This document shows, piece after piece, positions 15,198 through 26,037 of a DNA stretch of 32,000 bases. Origin of the DNA: Ferroglobus placidus DSM 10642 (lineage in GTDB: Archaea; Halobacteriota; Archaeoglobi; Archaeoglobales; Archaeoglobaceae). The DNA lies in assembly GCF_000025505.1 (NCBI RefSeq), contig NC_013849.1:1800001-1832000 (forward strand), given 5' to 3'. The notes below the pieces were generated by a model, which saw nothing but the letters and a program-made list of their open reading frames with translations, was not told the DNA's origin and did no database searches. Every line of letters starts with the position of its first letter. The stretch's first letter is position 1. A program made the position numbers and the translations under genes.

Positions 15198-15695
15198 ATG
15201 CTGCTCAGGGTAGAGGTAACTAAGCACGCGCTCGAAAGGCTTTTTGAAAGATTCCCGAAGCACAAAAAATTTGACGCGAGGACTGTAGCTAACATTTTCG
15301 AAAGCATAATAAAAAACGGAATCGTTTTAAGGTTCGGCGATGAAATAAGAATTTCCACGAGCAATTACACTCTTTGCTGCGTTCTTGAGGATAAACTCGT
15401 TATCAAGACTGTCCTGAAAACGAAGGAGCTTGGAAAAGATTACAAAAGGCTTCTGAGAAAAGGTAAAAGGAGCGAGTGGAACAACGTAGTTTTCGATATG
15501 AAAAAACTCGAAAGGCTTTGCAAGAGAGTTGAGAAGCTTAAGGAGCTCTGCAAGATTTGCGGAATTTCAAAGGAGCAAACTGCAATAAACAGATGCAAGG
15601 TTTACGGATTCTTCGTCTGCAGCTTTTGCTGCATTTCCATCGGCGGTGGGTGGGAAAAGTGCGCCGGATGCGAATTCGATCCGATTCCGAGATAA
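15198..15695 (+). CDS. Hypothetical protein: N-terminal HALERL-type small domain plus C-terminal Cys-rich zinc-ribbon region
   Basis: The N-terminus VEVTKHALERLFER...YTLCCVLEDKLVIKTVL is reminiscent, from memory, of DUF4258-like small toxin-fold proteins. The C-terminus has CKICG...C...CSFCC...CAGC (9 Cys in 55 aa). Confidence 0.55.
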   Translation: MLLRVEVTKHALERLFERFPKHKKFDARTVANIFESIIKNGIVLRFGDEIRISTSNYTLCCVLEDKLVIKTVLKTKELGKDYKRLLRKGKRSEWNNVVFDMKKLERLCKRVEKLKELCKICGISKEQTAINRCKVYGFFVCSFCCISIGGGWEKCAGCEFDPIPR

Positions 15696-15728
15696 AAACA
15701 TTTAATTACCTCCGGCAGTTCGAGTAAT

Positions 15729-17156
15729 ATGCTTCCTCCCAAATCGAACTTCTCGGAGTGGTTTCACGAGATAATTCAGCAGGCGGAGATAATGGACATT
15801 CGATACCCGGTAAAGGGTCTTTACGTGTGGTTCCCCTTCGGTTTTAAGATAAGGAGGCTCGTTTACGATAAGCTTAGGGAAATAATGGACAGAGATCACG
15901 AAGAAGTTTACTTCCCAACGCTCATTCCAGAGACTGAGCTGGGGAAGGAAAGCGAGCACATAAAAGGGTTCGAAGACGAGGTTTTCTGGGTTACTCACGG
16001 AGGTTTGGAGAAGCTTGACGTTAAGCTCGCTTTAAGACCGACGAGCGAAACGGCGATGTATCCAATGTTCAAGCTCTGGATAAGAAGTCACGCAGATTTA
16101 CCGCTGAGAGTTTACCAGATCGTCAACGTTTTCAGATACGAAACTAAACACACGAGACCGCTGATAAGGTTGAGAGAAATAACTTCCTTCAAAGAAGCTC
16201 ACACAGCCCACAGAAATTACGAAGAAGCTGAAGAAAACGTTAGGCTTGCTGTTTCTTTGTATAAGGAATTCTACGACTTCTTAGCGATTCCGTACTTAAT
16301 TCTGAGGAGACCGGAATGGGACAAGTTCCCCGGAGCGGACTACACGATAGCCTTCGACACCGTAATGCCGGACGGAAGGACGATGCAGATAGGCACTGTG
16401 CATCATTTGGCTGACAACTTCGCTAAAACTTTCGACATAAAGTACGAAACACCAGATGGTGATCACGCTTACGTGCATCAAACGTGCTACGGAATCTCAG
16501 AAAGATGCATCGCAGCGTTGATAAGCATACACGGAGACGATCTCGGGCTTGTTCTTCCGTTTGAAGTCTCTCCGGTCCAGATAGTGATAATTCCGATTCT
16601 CTACAAAGGAAAAGAGGAGGAAGTAATGGATCTGAGCAAAAGAGTTTACGAGAAGCTGAAAGGCTACGGATTTAGGGTTGTCCTCGACGATACAGACGAA
16701 AGACCCGGAGCGAAGTACTACAAGTGGGAGCTGAAGGGTGTGCCTATCAGAATCGAGATAGGACCGAAAGAAGCTGAGAGGAATGAAGCTGTTGTGTCTT
16801 TCAGAGATGAGAAAGTGAAGAAATCGTTGAGCGTGGAAGAGCTGAGTAAAGAGAAAATACTTGAGTGGGCGAGAGAAATGAAGGAGAGGCTTAAGAAGAA
16901 AGCTGAGGAGGAAATGAGAGCTAAAGTCAGAATTTTCTCGAACTTAGAAGAGGCTAAGGAATGGATTGGAAAAGGTGTGGCAGTTTTCTACTTCTGCGGA
17001 GATGAAAAGTGCGGAGAAGAAGTGGAGGAAAAACTCTCAGCAGGAATTCTCGGAAAGTTTGAAGAAATTCCCGAATGGATATCAGCCGAAGAAAAGGGAA
17101 GATGCGTAAATTGCGGGAGAGAAGGTTTCCTATGTGCTGCCGCTAAAAGCTACTAA
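15729..17156 (+). CDS. proS: Prolyl-tRNA synthetase, archaeal/eukaryotic type
   Basis: The N-terminus reads [36 protein letters not shown]. Class II motifs are present ([20 protein letters not shown]). The C-terminal zinc-binding domain ends in the conserved terminal Tyr (...AAAKSY). Confidence 0.95.
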   Translation: MLPPKSNFSEWFHEIIQQAEIMDIRYPVKGLYVWFPFGFKIRRLVYDKLREIMDRDHEEVYFPTLIPETELGKESEHIKGFEDEVFWVTHGGLEKLDVKLALRPTSETAMYPMFKLWIRSHADLPLRVYQIVNVFRYETKHTRPLIRLREITSFKEAHTAHRNYEEAEENVRLAVSLYKEFYDFLAIPYLILRRPEWDKFPGADYTIAFDTVMPDGRTMQIGTVHHLADNFAKTFDIKYETPDGDHAYVHQTCYGISERCIAALISIHGDDLGLVLPFEVSPVQIVIIPILYKGKEEEVMDLSKRVYEKLKGYGFRVVLDDTDERPGAKYYKWELKGVPIRIEIGPKEAERNEAVVSFRDEKVKKSLSVEELSKEKILEWAREMKERLKKKAEEEMRAKVRIFSNLEEAKEWIGKGVAVFYFCGDEKCGEEVEEKLSAGILGKFEEIPEWISAEEKGRCVNCGREGFLCAAAKSY

Positions 17157-17168
17157 AAAATTTTAAAT

Positions 17169-18023
17169 TTATTTGTGGCAAGTTGTACACTTTATCGTAG
17201 GATAGTGGTTCGTCTTGTCAGTATGACAGCTCTCGCAAATAGCTCTAACTCCCACCGATTTGTGGGGCTGGTGGCAGCTCCTGCAGTCTTTCCCTTCGTG
17301 CTTCGTGTGCATCGGATTTTTCGGCATCGTGTGGCAGGTTTCGCAGCTGAAAGGTTCTTCAGTCACGTGAGGCTGATGGCAATAACTGCAGTCGGTATTT
17401 GCGTGAGCTCCTTCGGGAAGAGCGAGTATTATGTTTCTCTCAGTGTGACACTTCTTACAATCCTGCTGGTGAGGCTTTATGTCCTCTCCCCTCTCATTTA
17501 CGCTTGCCAAGAAGGGGTGGCAGTTCGTGCAGTGGAAGTCCATGCTCTTTATTTTCAGCTTTTTGTCGCTGTGACACTGCCAGCACTCGCTTCTGTCGGG
17601 AACGAACTTGTGAATTCTTCCTCCGTGACAGTCGATACAGTTAGCGTGAGCTTTTTCTAAATGGAATTTATGTCCGGCAGTTTCCGCAACATAGGGCCAT
17701 TTTCCTTGTTTGAAGTGGCACTCTTCGCACCTCTCGTTCTCTATTTTCACATGCTCCCTGATGTCCTCTCTAACTCTCTCCGGACGCTCAGTAAAGTAAA
17801 CAACGAGAAGCCTCATGTTCTCTTCCATGTTTGCAACATGGCATTCGTGGCAAGTCACATTTCTATGGGGGCTTTGGTACCACTTGTTCCAAGCTTCCTC
17901 CATGAGGTGACAAGTTTTACAGAACCTCGGATCGTCTTCGATGAATACGAAGGTTTTTGCTCCGACCACTCCGAGGATAACTCCCGAGATTATTAAGGCG
18001 GCAACTATGGATTTAACATCCAT
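17169..18023 (-). CDS. Membrane-anchored dodecahaem c-type cytochrome (NapC/NirT/NrfH-like N-terminal part plus multihaem extension)
   Basis: There is a single N-terminal TM helix (IVAALIISGVILGVVGA). Twelve CxxCH motifs are present: CKTCH, CHECH, CEECH, CIDCH, CWQCH, CTNCH, CKKCH, CSYCH, CETCH, CRSCH, CESCH, CTTCH. All 24 Cys of the 284-aa protein sit in these motifs, and there are many extra His as distal ligands. Confidence 0.9.
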   Translation of the reverse strand: MDVKSIVAALIISGVILGVVGAKTFVFIEDDPRFCKTCHLMEEAWNKWYQSPHRNVTCHECHVANMEENMRLLVVYFTERPERVREDIREHVKIENERCEECHFKQGKWPYVAETAGHKFHLEKAHANCIDCHGGRIHKFVPDRSECWQCHSDKKLKIKSMDFHCTNCHPFLASVNERGEDIKPHQQDCKKCHTERNIILALPEGAHANTDCSYCHQPHVTEEPFSCETCHTMPKNPMHTKHEGKDCRSCHQPHKSVGVRAICESCHTDKTNHYPTIKCTTCHK

Positions 18024-18097
18024 GACAAGAGTTGCTCGAAATGGTAAATAAATAATTTGCCTTTCAGTTCAAATGCTTTCAAGAAATAACCCAGCTC

Positions 18098-19048
18098 TCA
18101 GTATTTAAAATCTGGAAGAATATCTCTTTCTATTCCAAAAGCGAATTTCAGCTCCGGCAAAGTTATTATCGGCTTATCAAACTTTTTCCAGTCGTCGTAA
18201 GCTATTCTTGGGCAAGCCGTGTTCACGTAGCAATCAAAATCGAAATTTCTGAGTTTCTCCGGAGTGATTTCGTCGCAGAAGATGATGAAGGCTTCTTTTC
18301 CCTTTTCCTTCAAAATCTTCAAAGCCTCTCTTGCTTTTTTCAAGTTAATCTGCCCGGGTTTTGAAGATACGAGAATTCCGAACTTTTCGCAGTGAATTGC
18401 TTTTGTAGCGATTTTGTACCTTTCCTTTTTAAATTCGTCCGCTTTAACCTCTTCAATTTCCCCGCTGAGAGGAGAATATCTGTACACTTTCTTTCCGAGA
18501 AAAGCTATTCCGAGAGGATGGAAGAGACCGTCTCCGATAAAAAGAACGGCCTCGTACTCCCCTCTTAAGCTCGTAAAGTTACAGCCGAGAATCTGTCCCT
18601 CAAATTCTAAGTCTCCTTTCCCGAGAAAAACGTCGTAACCGCTCTTCTCAAGTTCTTCCGCAACCTCTCCAAACTTCCAAGCGTAGTTTGCCGTTCCCGC
18701 CAAAGCTATCTTTCTCTCCTTGACGGTCTTTTTTATCAATTCGACGTCGATGTGGTATTCGTAGAAGTACGGGACGAAAATAACCCTCTCAAACTTTGTT
18801 GACGAATGAGCGAGATGGATGAGGTAGTCTACGTGCTTTAAAAGATTCAGATCTACATCGCAAGAGCCGTAAGTAGGAGAGGCTGAGATAATAACTTCGT
18901 AGCCCTTCTCTTCTAAAAACTTCGCAATCTCCCTCGCCCAGTACTTCAATCCATCTGGAAGCTGCAGTCCGAGGACTTTGCCTTTTTCTATCTCAAAAAT
19001 TTTGGAAAAGTCGATTCTATCTAAGATGGTCGACGATTTTGACCCCAT
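18098..19048 (-). CDS. dph2: Diphthamide synthesis radical SAM enzyme Dph2 (2-(3-amino-3-carboxypropyl)histidine synthase)
   Basis: The protein contains [22 protein letters not shown]. Three spaced cluster Cys contexts are present ([21 protein letters not shown]). The 316-aa length is typical for the family. Confidence 0.85.
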   Translation of the reverse strand: MGSKSSTILDRIDFSKIFEIEKGKVLGLQLPDGLKYWAREIAKFLEEKGYEVIISASPTYGSCDVDLNLLKHVDYLIHLAHSSTKFERVIFVPYFYEYHIDVELIKKTVKERKIALAGTANYAWKFGEVAEELEKSGYDVFLGKGDLEFEGQILGCNFTSLRGEYEAVLFIGDGLFHPLGIAFLGKKVYRYSPLSGEIEEVKADEFKKERYKIATKAIHCEKFGILVSSKPGQINLKKAREALKILKEKGKEAFIIFCDEITPEKLRNFDFDCYVNTACPRIAYDDWKKFDKPIITLPELKFAFGIERDILPDFKY

Positions 19049-19580
19049 CTTTGCTGACCTCGATCTTCACCAAACTCTTTATTTTGTACCCCATTTTTCT
19101 GAGCTTCTCTGCCCCATCTCCTTTTTCTATCACCGTTACAAAGTCTTTAACTATTGCTCCCGCTTTCTCCAAAGCTTTCAAAGTTGCCAAAGCAGTTCCT
19201 CCAGTTGAAATTACGTCGTCGACGACGATGACTTCATCTCCTTTATCGATTCCGTTTATGTACAGCTTTCCCTTAGAATACCCAGTTTGTTGATCTACGA
19301 CGATCTCGTTAGGAAATCCGTAAGATCTCTTTCTCACTACTACTATTGGAATATTCACAGCCAAGCTTAGAGCTGTTGCTACGGGAATTCCCATTGCCTC
19401 TATTGTCACGATCTTGTCAACATCGAGGTCAGCTATTCTGATGATTCCAGAAACAGCTTCTCTGACTATATCTGGATCGAGCTCCGGAACGCCGTCGGTG
19501 AGGGGGTGAATAAAATAAGGGTAGTCACCTTTCATTATTATCGGAGCGTTTTTCAGACTCTCTATCAGCTTATTTAGCAT
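19017..19580 (-). CDS. hpt: Archaeal hypoxanthine/guanine (purine) phosphoribosyltransferase
   Basis: The N-terminus reads [20 protein letters not shown]. The PRPP-binding loop is [13 protein letters not shown]. The 187-aa protein resembles the archaeal Hpt family (MJ1655-like, from memory). It overlaps the dph2 start by 32 nt and the ppsA stop by 11 nt. Confidence 0.8.
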   Translation of the reverse strand: MLNKLIESLKNAPIIMKGDYPYFIHPLTDGVPELDPDIVREAVSGIIRIADLDVDKIVTIEAMGIPVATALSLAVNIPIVVVRKRSYGFPNEIVVDQQTGYSKGKLYINGIDKGDEVIVVDDVISTGGTALATLKALEKAGAIVKDFVTVIEKGDGAEKLRKMGYKIKSLVKIEVSKDGVKIVDHLR

Positions 19581-21840
19581 CGCTATCCCTCAGCTTCTCC
19601 AGCAAAATCTTCATTTCCGTTCTCGCGACAACCTCTCTTATCCTCTGCACCGCATCGGGATTCGCTGAAACGCTGTCTATTCCCATCCTCACGAGCTTTT
19701 CGACGACGTGCGGATAACTTCCAGCCTGCCCACAGATCGAAGTTTTCACGCCGTACTTCTTACACACCTTTATTACGTGCTCTATCAGCTTCATAACAGC
19801 CGGGTGCGTTTCGTCGTAGAGGTAAGCGACGTTTTCGTTGTTTCTGTCAACAGCCAAAGTGTACTGAGTTAGGTCGTTCGTTCCGAAGCTTATGAATGTA
19901 ATTCCTTCCTTGCAGAGGTCTTCTATTATCAAAGCAGCTGCGGGAGTTTCGATCATAACGCCGAAGTCGATTTTGTCGAGGGGTATTCCCTCCTCTATCG
20001 CTATTTGCTTGGCTTTTCTCACTTCTTCGACGTTCGTGACGAGGGGCAGCATTATTCCGACGTTGGTGAATCCCTCGTCTATGAGTCTTTTTATCGCCCT
20101 CATTTCAGCTCTGAAGTGAATCTCTTCGGCGAGATCTCTCCTTATTCCCCTCCATCCGAGCATCGGGTTTGCCTCAATCGGCTCCTCTTCTCCGCCTTCC
20201 ATCGCTCTGAACTCGTCGGTAGGAGCGTCAAGCGTTCTTATCCACACCATTTTCGGATAGAAAGCCTCAACGACTTTTTTCATACCCTCGTAGAGCTTCT
20301 GTATGTATTCCTCTATTTCCCCATCTCTAATGTACTTCATCGGATGCTTCTCCAATCCCAACACCATGTGCTCGATTCTGAAAAGTCCAACTCCGTCGGC
20401 TCCAGTAGCTGCCGCTTTTTCAGCAGCTTCCGGAATTGAGATGTTCACCTTAACTTCAGTTGCTGTTATCAATGGAGCTGACGCAACTCTTACCTCTTCG
20501 ACCTTCTTCTCTTCTTTAGGCTTAACTTCTCCTTCGTAAACGACACCTCTGTCTCCGTCCACAGTTACGAGCATGCCGTCCTTCAAAACCTTTGTAGCTT
20601 CTTTCGTTCCGACAACAGCCGGAATTCCGAGTTCTCTACTAACAATGGCTGCGTGGCAAGTTAATCCACCTTCGTCTGTAACGATGGCTGCCGCTCTTTT
20701 CATAGCCGGAACCATGTCGGGAGTTGTCATCGTCGTTACAAGCACGTCTCCCGGCTGAACTTTGCTGATTTCTTTTTCGCTGAAAATCACCTTTACCCTG
20801 CCAACTCCAATTCCCGGAGACGCTCCAAGTCCTTTTACGAGAATTCTTCCCTCTCCAGCGACTTTTTCCTCCTCGACCTTACCCTTTATCGTCGTTATCG
20901 CCCTCGACTGAAGAATGTAAATCTTGCCCTTTTCAATCGCCCATTCTATGTCTTGCGGATGTTTGTAATGCTCTTCTATTATTTCTCCGTACCTCACGAG
21001 TTCTTCGATTTCTTCGTCGCTTAAGACTCTTTCCTTTCCCTTCTCGCCAAGCTCAACTTCTACAGTCTTTCCATCCTTCCTCGTTATCATGAGAGTTTTC
21101 TCGGAAACTTTGACGTCGACGAGCTTTCTCTGCCTTCTGTCGTAAACGTACGTGTCGGGAGTTACCTTCCCGCTCACTATCGCCTCTCCCAAACCGAAAA
21201 CGGCTTCGATTATGCACAGTTTTTCTCCGGTTACCGGATGGGAGGTGAACATGACTCCGCTTTTCTCGCTGTTAACCATTTTCTGCACGACAACGGCGAT
21301 GCTAACGTCTTCGTGTCTGAAACCTTGCTGAACTCTGTAGTATATCGCTCTCGGCGTGTATAAGCTCGCCCAACACCTCTTCACTTTCTCAACAACTTCG
21401 TCCTCCCCCCTTACGTTTAGATAAGTTTCCTGCTGTCCGGCAAAGCTTGCCTCTGGCAAATCTTCTGCTGTTGCCGAACTTCTCACTGCTACGAAAACCT
21501 CCTCTCCTTCTTCCTCGCACAGCTTTCTGTAAGCTTTTCTGATCTCCTCCTCAATGCTTTTCGGAATTTCTGAACTTATAATCAGCTTTCTGATCTCTTC
21601 TGACGCTCTGTTGAGCTCGTCGGTGTCCTCTACGTTTAAACCTTTCAGCATGTCGAGAATCTGGTATTTTATCCCCGTCGCCTCTAAAAACTCGTTGAAA
21701 GTTCTCGCATCTACGACGAAGCCGTTAGGAACGGGAATTTCGAGTTTCATTAATTCTCCAAGATTCGCAGCCTTACCACCGACGAGCGGAACATCCTCTT
21801 TGGAGACTTCGTTAAGCCAAAGCACAGCCATAAATCTCAC
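19570..21840 (-). CDS. ppsA: Phosphoenolpyruvate synthase (pyruvate, water dikinase)
   Basis: The N-terminus reads [14 protein letters not shown]. The phospho-His context is [21 protein letters not shown]. The C-terminal PEP-utilising TIM-barrel motifs are [12 protein letters not shown] and CGQAGS. The ORF-track start 21840 is a GTG; the ATG at 21831 (MAVLWLNEV) is an alternative. Confidence 0.95.
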   Translation of the reverse strand: MRFMAVLWLNEVSKEDVPLVGGKAANLGELMKLEIPVPNGFVVDARTFNEFLEATGIKYQILDMLKGLNVEDTDELNRASEEIRKLIISSEIPKSIEEEIRKAYRKLCEEEGEEVFVAVRSSATAEDLPEASFAGQQETYLNVRGEDEVVEKVKRCWASLYTPRAIYYRVQQGFRHEDVSIAVVVQKMVNSEKSGVMFTSHPVTGEKLCIIEAVFGLGEAIVSGKVTPDTYVYDRRQRKLVDVKVSEKTLMITRKDGKTVEVELGEKGKERVLSDEEIEELVRYGEIIEEHYKHPQDIEWAIEKGKIYILQSRAITTIKGKVEEEKVAGEGRILVKGLGASPGIGVGRVKVIFSEKEISKVQPGDVLVTTMTTPDMVPAMKRAAAIVTDEGGLTCHAAIVSRELGIPAVVGTKEATKVLKDGMLVTVDGDRGVVYEGEVKPKEEKKVEEVRVASAPLITATEVKVNISIPEAAEKAAATGADGVGLFRIEHMVLGLEKHPMKYIRDGEIEEYIQKLYEGMKKVVEAFYPKMVWIRTLDAPTDEFRAMEGGEEEPIEANPMLGWRGIRRDLAEEIHFRAEMRAIKRLIDEGFTNVGIMLPLVTNVEEVRKAKQIAIEEGIPLDKIDFGVMIETPAAALIIEDLCKEGITFISFGTNDLTQYTLAVDRNNENVAYLYDETHPAVMKLIEHVIKVCKKYGVKTSICGQAGSYPHVVEKLVRMGIDSVSANPDAVQRIREVVARTEMKILLEKLRDSDAK

Positions 21841-21923
21841 CTCGAAAGTTTACCGGAGGTAGAAACTTAAAAGATTTTTGATAACCGACAAGCTTTATAT
21901 CTCCAGAGAGCAACGCTTAACCG

Positions 21924-23507
21924 ATGAAAGTTCTCGTTGCGAGCAACATCGCAAAAGAGGCAATAGAGCTGCTGAAAGCTGAAGGTATGGAAGTAGATGT
22001 CAGAGCAGACATTAGCGAGGAAGAGCTGAAGGAGGTAATAAAGGACTACGATGCGTTAATAGTTAGGAGCAAACCGAAGGTTACGAGGGAGATTATAGAA
22101 AGGGGAGAAAAGCTGAAAATAATTGGTAGAGCTGGGGTTGGCGTTGATAACATCGACGTGGATGCAGCTACGGAAAGAGGAATTATCGTCGTAAATGCCC
22201 CAGGAGGAAACACGATCTCCACAGCTGAGCTGACGATGGGTTTGATTATCTCAGCAGCGAGAAAGATTCCTCAGGCAGATAGAAGCGTCAAGGAAGGAAA
22301 GTGGGAGAGGAAAAAGTTTGAAGGACTGGAATTGAGGGGCAAAACTCTCGGCATAATAGGACTCGGAAGAATAGGATTTGAAGTCGCAAAAAGGGCTAAA
22401 AGCTTCGAAATGAGGGTGATAGCTTACGATCCTTATATCTCTCCGGAAAGAGCTAAGTCGATAGGCGTTGAGCTCGTCAGCTTCGATTATTTAATAGAAA
22501 ATTCCGACATAATCACCGTCCACGTTCCAAAAACGAAAGAAACTGAGAAGATGATCAGCTACGAAGAGTTCAGGAAGATGAAGGATAACGTAATAATAGT
22601 GAACTGTGCGAGGGGTGGAATAGTTGATGAAGATGCCCTTTACGAAGCGTTAAAGTCTGGAAAGGTTTACATGGCTGCTTTAGACGTTTACGAAAAAGAG
22701 CCCCCGAATTTCAACCACCCGCTTTTCAAGCTTGAGAACGTAATAACCACACCCCACATAGGAGCTTCAACTAAGGAGGCTCAAAAGAGCGTTGGTATGA
22801 TCATTGCCAGAGATATTATCAACTTGTACAAGGGACTTCCAGTGATAAATGCGGTCAATCTGCCAAGCCTGAAGCCTGAAGACTTCGAGTACTTAATGCC
22901 ATACATAACGTTGGCTGAGAAAATGGGGAAGATAGCTTCGGCAAGGCTTGGAGGAAACTTCAAAGAGGTTAAAATCACTTACAGAGGTAAGCTTGCAAAC
23001 AAAGATACTGCCTATGTCGCAAGAGCTTTGTTAAAGGGATTGCTCGAGACGATTCTCGGAGCGAACATAAACCTCGTTTCCTCAATGCCGATAGCGAAGC
23101 AGAGAGGAATAAGAATAGAGGAGTCGAGAATTGAAAGCACGGACAGCTACGAAAGTTTGCTGGAAGTGGAGGTGAAGGGAGAAAAGAGCATCTCGTTAGC
23201 CGGAACGAGTTTTGGCAGAGACGATTACAGGATAATCAGAATAGATCGATACAAGGTCGATTTCGTTCCAAGAGGACATTACATAATCTCGCTTCACGAA
23301 GACAAGCCGGGAGTGATTGGAAGAGTTGGAACTCTCTTCGGGCAGTACAACATAAACATAGCGGGAATGATAGTCGGTAGATACGGCGACAAGCCGGGAG
23401 GAGTACAGCTTATGCTTCTCCTTGTTGATGATCCGCCGACCGAAGAAGTTCTGGAGAAGATGGTCAAGCTCGATGGAATAATCGACGCCACGTACATTTA
23501 CCTATGA
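21924..23507 (+). CDS. serA: D-3-phosphoglycerate dehydrogenase (long form with ASB and ACT domains)
   Basis: The NAD-binding motif is [16 protein letters not shown]. The catalytic contexts are NCARGG and TPHIGAST. The C-terminal ACT-like region is [25 protein letters not shown]. The protein is 527 aa. Confidence 0.93.
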   Translation: MKVLVASNIAKEAIELLKAEGMEVDVRADISEEELKEVIKDYDALIVRSKPKVTREIIERGEKLKIIGRAGVGVDNIDVDAATERGIIVVNAPGGNTISTAELTMGLIISAARKIPQADRSVKEGKWERKKFEGLELRGKTLGIIGLGRIGFEVAKRAKSFEMRVIAYDPYISPERAKSIGVELVSFDYLIENSDIITVHVPKTKETEKMISYEEFRKMKDNVIIVNCARGGIVDEDALYEALKSGKVYMAALDVYEKEPPNFNHPLFKLENVITTPHIGASTKEAQKSVGMIIARDIINLYKGLPVINAVNLPSLKPEDFEYLMPYITLAEKMGKIASARLGGNFKEVKITYRGKLANKDTAYVARALLKGLLETILGANINLVSSMPIAKQRGIRIEESRIESTDSYESLLEVEVKGEKSISLAGTSFGRDDYRIIRIDRYKVDFVPRGHYIISLHEDKPGVIGRVGTLFGQYNINIAGMIVGRYGDKPGGVQLMLLLVDDPPTEEVLEKMVKLDGIIDATYIYL

Positions 23508-23890
23508 AGTTCGAGGACCCTTGGCTCGGAGAGCTGGAGCTTAAAGTGGAGAAAAAGAATAAGAAAATTTTTATCAAAATTTTAACTAAGAAAATGAAAG
23601 AAGATTTTGATGTGTCGGTTAAAGAATACGGAGACGCTTTTAGCGTTGACGTTAAACTTAAGGGATTCAAAGCTGTGGAATGCGAGGTAGGACTGATAGA
23701 GATATCTCCTCCGGAAGCCGGTATAGTTCTTTCGGCGAAATTGGACGAAAACAGTCTCAAAAAGATCTTGGAAAAAATTGAGGAGTTCGTTGAAAAGCCG
23801 AGAATTCTGGTAATTAGCGGAAGAATTCCGGAAGAAGTTTTCGAAGAACTTGGATACAGAAAATCTGGATTCTTTTACGTGAAAAATTAG
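23504..23890 (+). CDS. Hypothetical 128-aa protein translationally coupled to serA
   Basis: Its ATG forms an ATGA overlap with the serA stop. The composition looks coding. No motif was recognised. Confidence 0.5.
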   Translation: MKFEDPWLGELELKVEKKNKKIFIKILTKKMKEDFDVSVKEYGDAFSVDVKLKGFKAVECEVGLIEISPPEAGIVLSAKLDENSLKKILEKIEEFVEKPRILVISGRIPEEVFEELGYRKSGFFYVKN

Positions 23891-26037
23891 CTGGCTTTCC
23901 TCCTATCGACGAAAACGAGAAAAGCTGGAACGACCGTTAGAGCTGCGATCAAACTCATCAGTATTGCTAAAACGCTTATTATTCCGAAGTCCCTCATTAT
24001 GGGGAAGGGAGATATCAGCATTGCCGCAAATCCACCAGCCATCGTCAGTCCTGAGGTGAGTATAGGTTTTCCAATTCTGGTTATCGTTATTTCCACCGCC
24101 TTTTCCGGATCGAATCTTTTTCTCTCCTCGATGTACCTTTCCATTACGTGAATTGAGAAGTCAATTCCCAAACCGATAATCATCGAGTTCATGCTTGCAG
24201 TGACGAGAGTTCTGTAAAAGCCGAGAGCGTACATGACTCCGCCGGTTGTTAGAATAACGAGGGTTATAGGAATTAGGGGAACTACAGCGTTTTTCAAGCT
24301 TCTGTAAACCAAGAGGAGAAGGAGAACGACTAAAGCGTAACTTGCCATCGTCATTCTGTTCTGTCCGTTAATTATCAAATCGGCGACGAACATCTTGAGG
24401 ACGACGTCTCCGGTTAAGTAGTAATCGAATCCTCCAAAAAACGAAACTTCTCTCTTCACCCTCTCGTAGAGGTCTTTAAATTCGAGCCAGTCCATTTCGG
24501 CTACCGTGAAATATACAGCGAGAGTGTTTCCGCTGATGTATCTGTCCTTGTAGTCCCCGAGCATCTCGAGCTGGTTTTCGAGTTCGTAACTATTTTCACC
24601 TATTTTTCCAAACCTATTTTCCAGAATCTTTCCTATGGAGTTGTAGTCGATAATTTTGCTCTCAGATTTTACTACATACTTCGCAAGTTCCTCCACTTTT
24701 TTAATTTCTTCAGGACTTACCGAGTCTATTTTCGTAACGAGGATTATCCTATCTTGACTTCCGAAAATACTCTGAAGTTCGTTGAACTTCCTAATCGCTG
24801 GTAGATCCTGCGGGATGTACTTGTAGAAGTTCGTTTCGAGCGGAACTTTCTCGTAGCCGTAGTAGCTTACCGAAGCCACGACAAGAGAGAGCAAGAGAAC
24901 CGCCTTGTACTTCCTCGACGTTAAAATTGCCAAAAAGTCGAGAGTTTTCTCCGCAATGCCAGCGAGAGCTTTTTTTCTCTCCTTCCTGTCAGTTAAAACG
25001 AGAATTGCCGGGAGGAAAGTCATGCTTAGAAGAAATGCAAAAATTAAGCCGATCGCCGAAATTAAGCCGAACCAACCGAGGGCTGGGACGCCCGAGAAAA
25101 GCATCGAAAGGAAGCCTATGACGGTCGTTATTAAAGCGAGGGACAAGGCTCTGCTAACCGTTCTTATTGCGATAGCAGCAGCTTCGAAACTACTTAATCC
25201 TTTTCTCCTCTCCTCCTCGTACCTCCCCATAAACTGAGCAGCGTACTCTATACTCAACCCTATTAAAACCGGAAGAAAAGCGTTCGTAACTTCAGTCAGA
25301 GGAATGTCCAAAACAGGCATCATTCCGTAAGCGTAGCTGACGGTGATTATAGAAATCAATAAAGGAAAGAACAGGTACCTTTTTTGCTCAACGACGCCTC
25401 TAAACACTATCGAGAGAGTTACCACCATCAAGACTATCGCAGCGATTCCCATAGCTCTCATGCTTCCGCTTATGCTCTGCGAAACCTGATACCTTATCAT
25501 CGGGTTGCCGGTAGCTTCCACGACCACTCCCGGAGGAAGGTCAAGTTTCGAGAGTCTGTCTTCGATCTCCTTAGCCATCTGCTCGTACCTGCTCGGATCC
25601 GCCGTAACTTCGGCTTCAACTATTGCAAGGCTTCTTTTAGGGACGTACTGAGGTGCGAGCTGGTAGGTGAGAGACTGAAGAACTTTTTCTTCCGTTGGCA
25701 GATAACCGAGCCTTGAAACTATGGAATGAGCAGCAGACTTTACTTCGCCAATTCCGCCAACTTTTCTCAACTCGTCACCGATTTTTAGGAGGAGCTCGTA
25801 GGTTTCGTAATTTATCACGTCGTCCCCTTTCACAAAAACGTAAACAGAGGCTACGCTTCCGCCGAAATCTTTCGAGTAAAGTTTGTATTGCTTAAATTCC
25901 TTGTAATCCTCGCTGAAGTAAGTCTCGTAGCCCTGATTCATTTTCACGTTTTTCGCATTGTAACCTGAGAGTAGAAAGAATAGAACCGCGAGAAAAATTA
26001 TGAGATGTCTAAATTTTAGAATAGTTTCGGCTTTCAT
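23887..26037 (-). CDS. RND-superfamily (MMPL / COG1033-type) exporter, 12 TM with two large extracytoplasmic loops
   Basis: The two homologous halves each have 1 TM, a loop and 5 TM. The hydrophobic block pattern is typical of the MMPL/SSD family. The ATG at 26037 (MKAETILKFRHLIIFLAVLFFLL) forms ATGA with the upstream gene stop. The 38-codon extension of the ORF track (to 26151) is hydrophilic and lies inside the upstream gene. Confidence 0.85.
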   Translation of the reverse strand: MKAETILKFRHLIIFLAVLFFLLSGYNAKNVKMNQGYETYFSEDYKEFKQYKLYSKDFGGSVASVYVFVKGDDVINYETYELLLKIGDELRKVGGIGEVKSAAHSIVSRLGYLPTEEKVLQSLTYQLAPQYVPKRSLAIVEAEVTADPSRYEQMAKEIEDRLSKLDLPPGVVVEATGNPMIRYQVSQSISGSMRAMGIAAIVLMVVTLSIVFRGVVEQKRYLFFPLLISIITVSYAYGMMPVLDIPLTEVTNAFLPVLIGLSIEYAAQFMGRYEEERRKGLSSFEAAAIAIRTVSRALSLALITTVIGFLSMLFSGVPALGWFGLISAIGLIFAFLLSMTFLPAILVLTDRKERKKALAGIAEKTLDFLAILTSRKYKAVLLLSLVVASVSYYGYEKVPLETNFYKYIPQDLPAIRKFNELQSIFGSQDRIILVTKIDSVSPEEIKKVEELAKYVVKSESKIIDYNSIGKILENRFGKIGENSYELENQLEMLGDYKDRYISGNTLAVYFTVAEMDWLEFKDLYERVKREVSFFGGFDYYLTGDVVLKMFVADLIINGQNRMTMASYALVVLLLLLVYRSLKNAVVPLIPITLVILTTGGVMYALGFYRTLVTASMNSMIIGLGIDFSIHVMERYIEERKRFDPEKAVEITITRIGKPILTSGLTMAGGFAAMLISPFPIMRDFGIISVLAILMSLIAALTVVPAFLVFVDRRKAS

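Noticed and set aside
17157-17168. I considered the 12-nt A/T-only spacer (AAAAATTTTAAA) between convergent proS and the cytochrome gene as a bidirectional terminator.
   Set aside because: This is plausible, since oligo-T tracts lie on both strands. However, it is too short and generic to be supported as a discrete feature from sequence alone.
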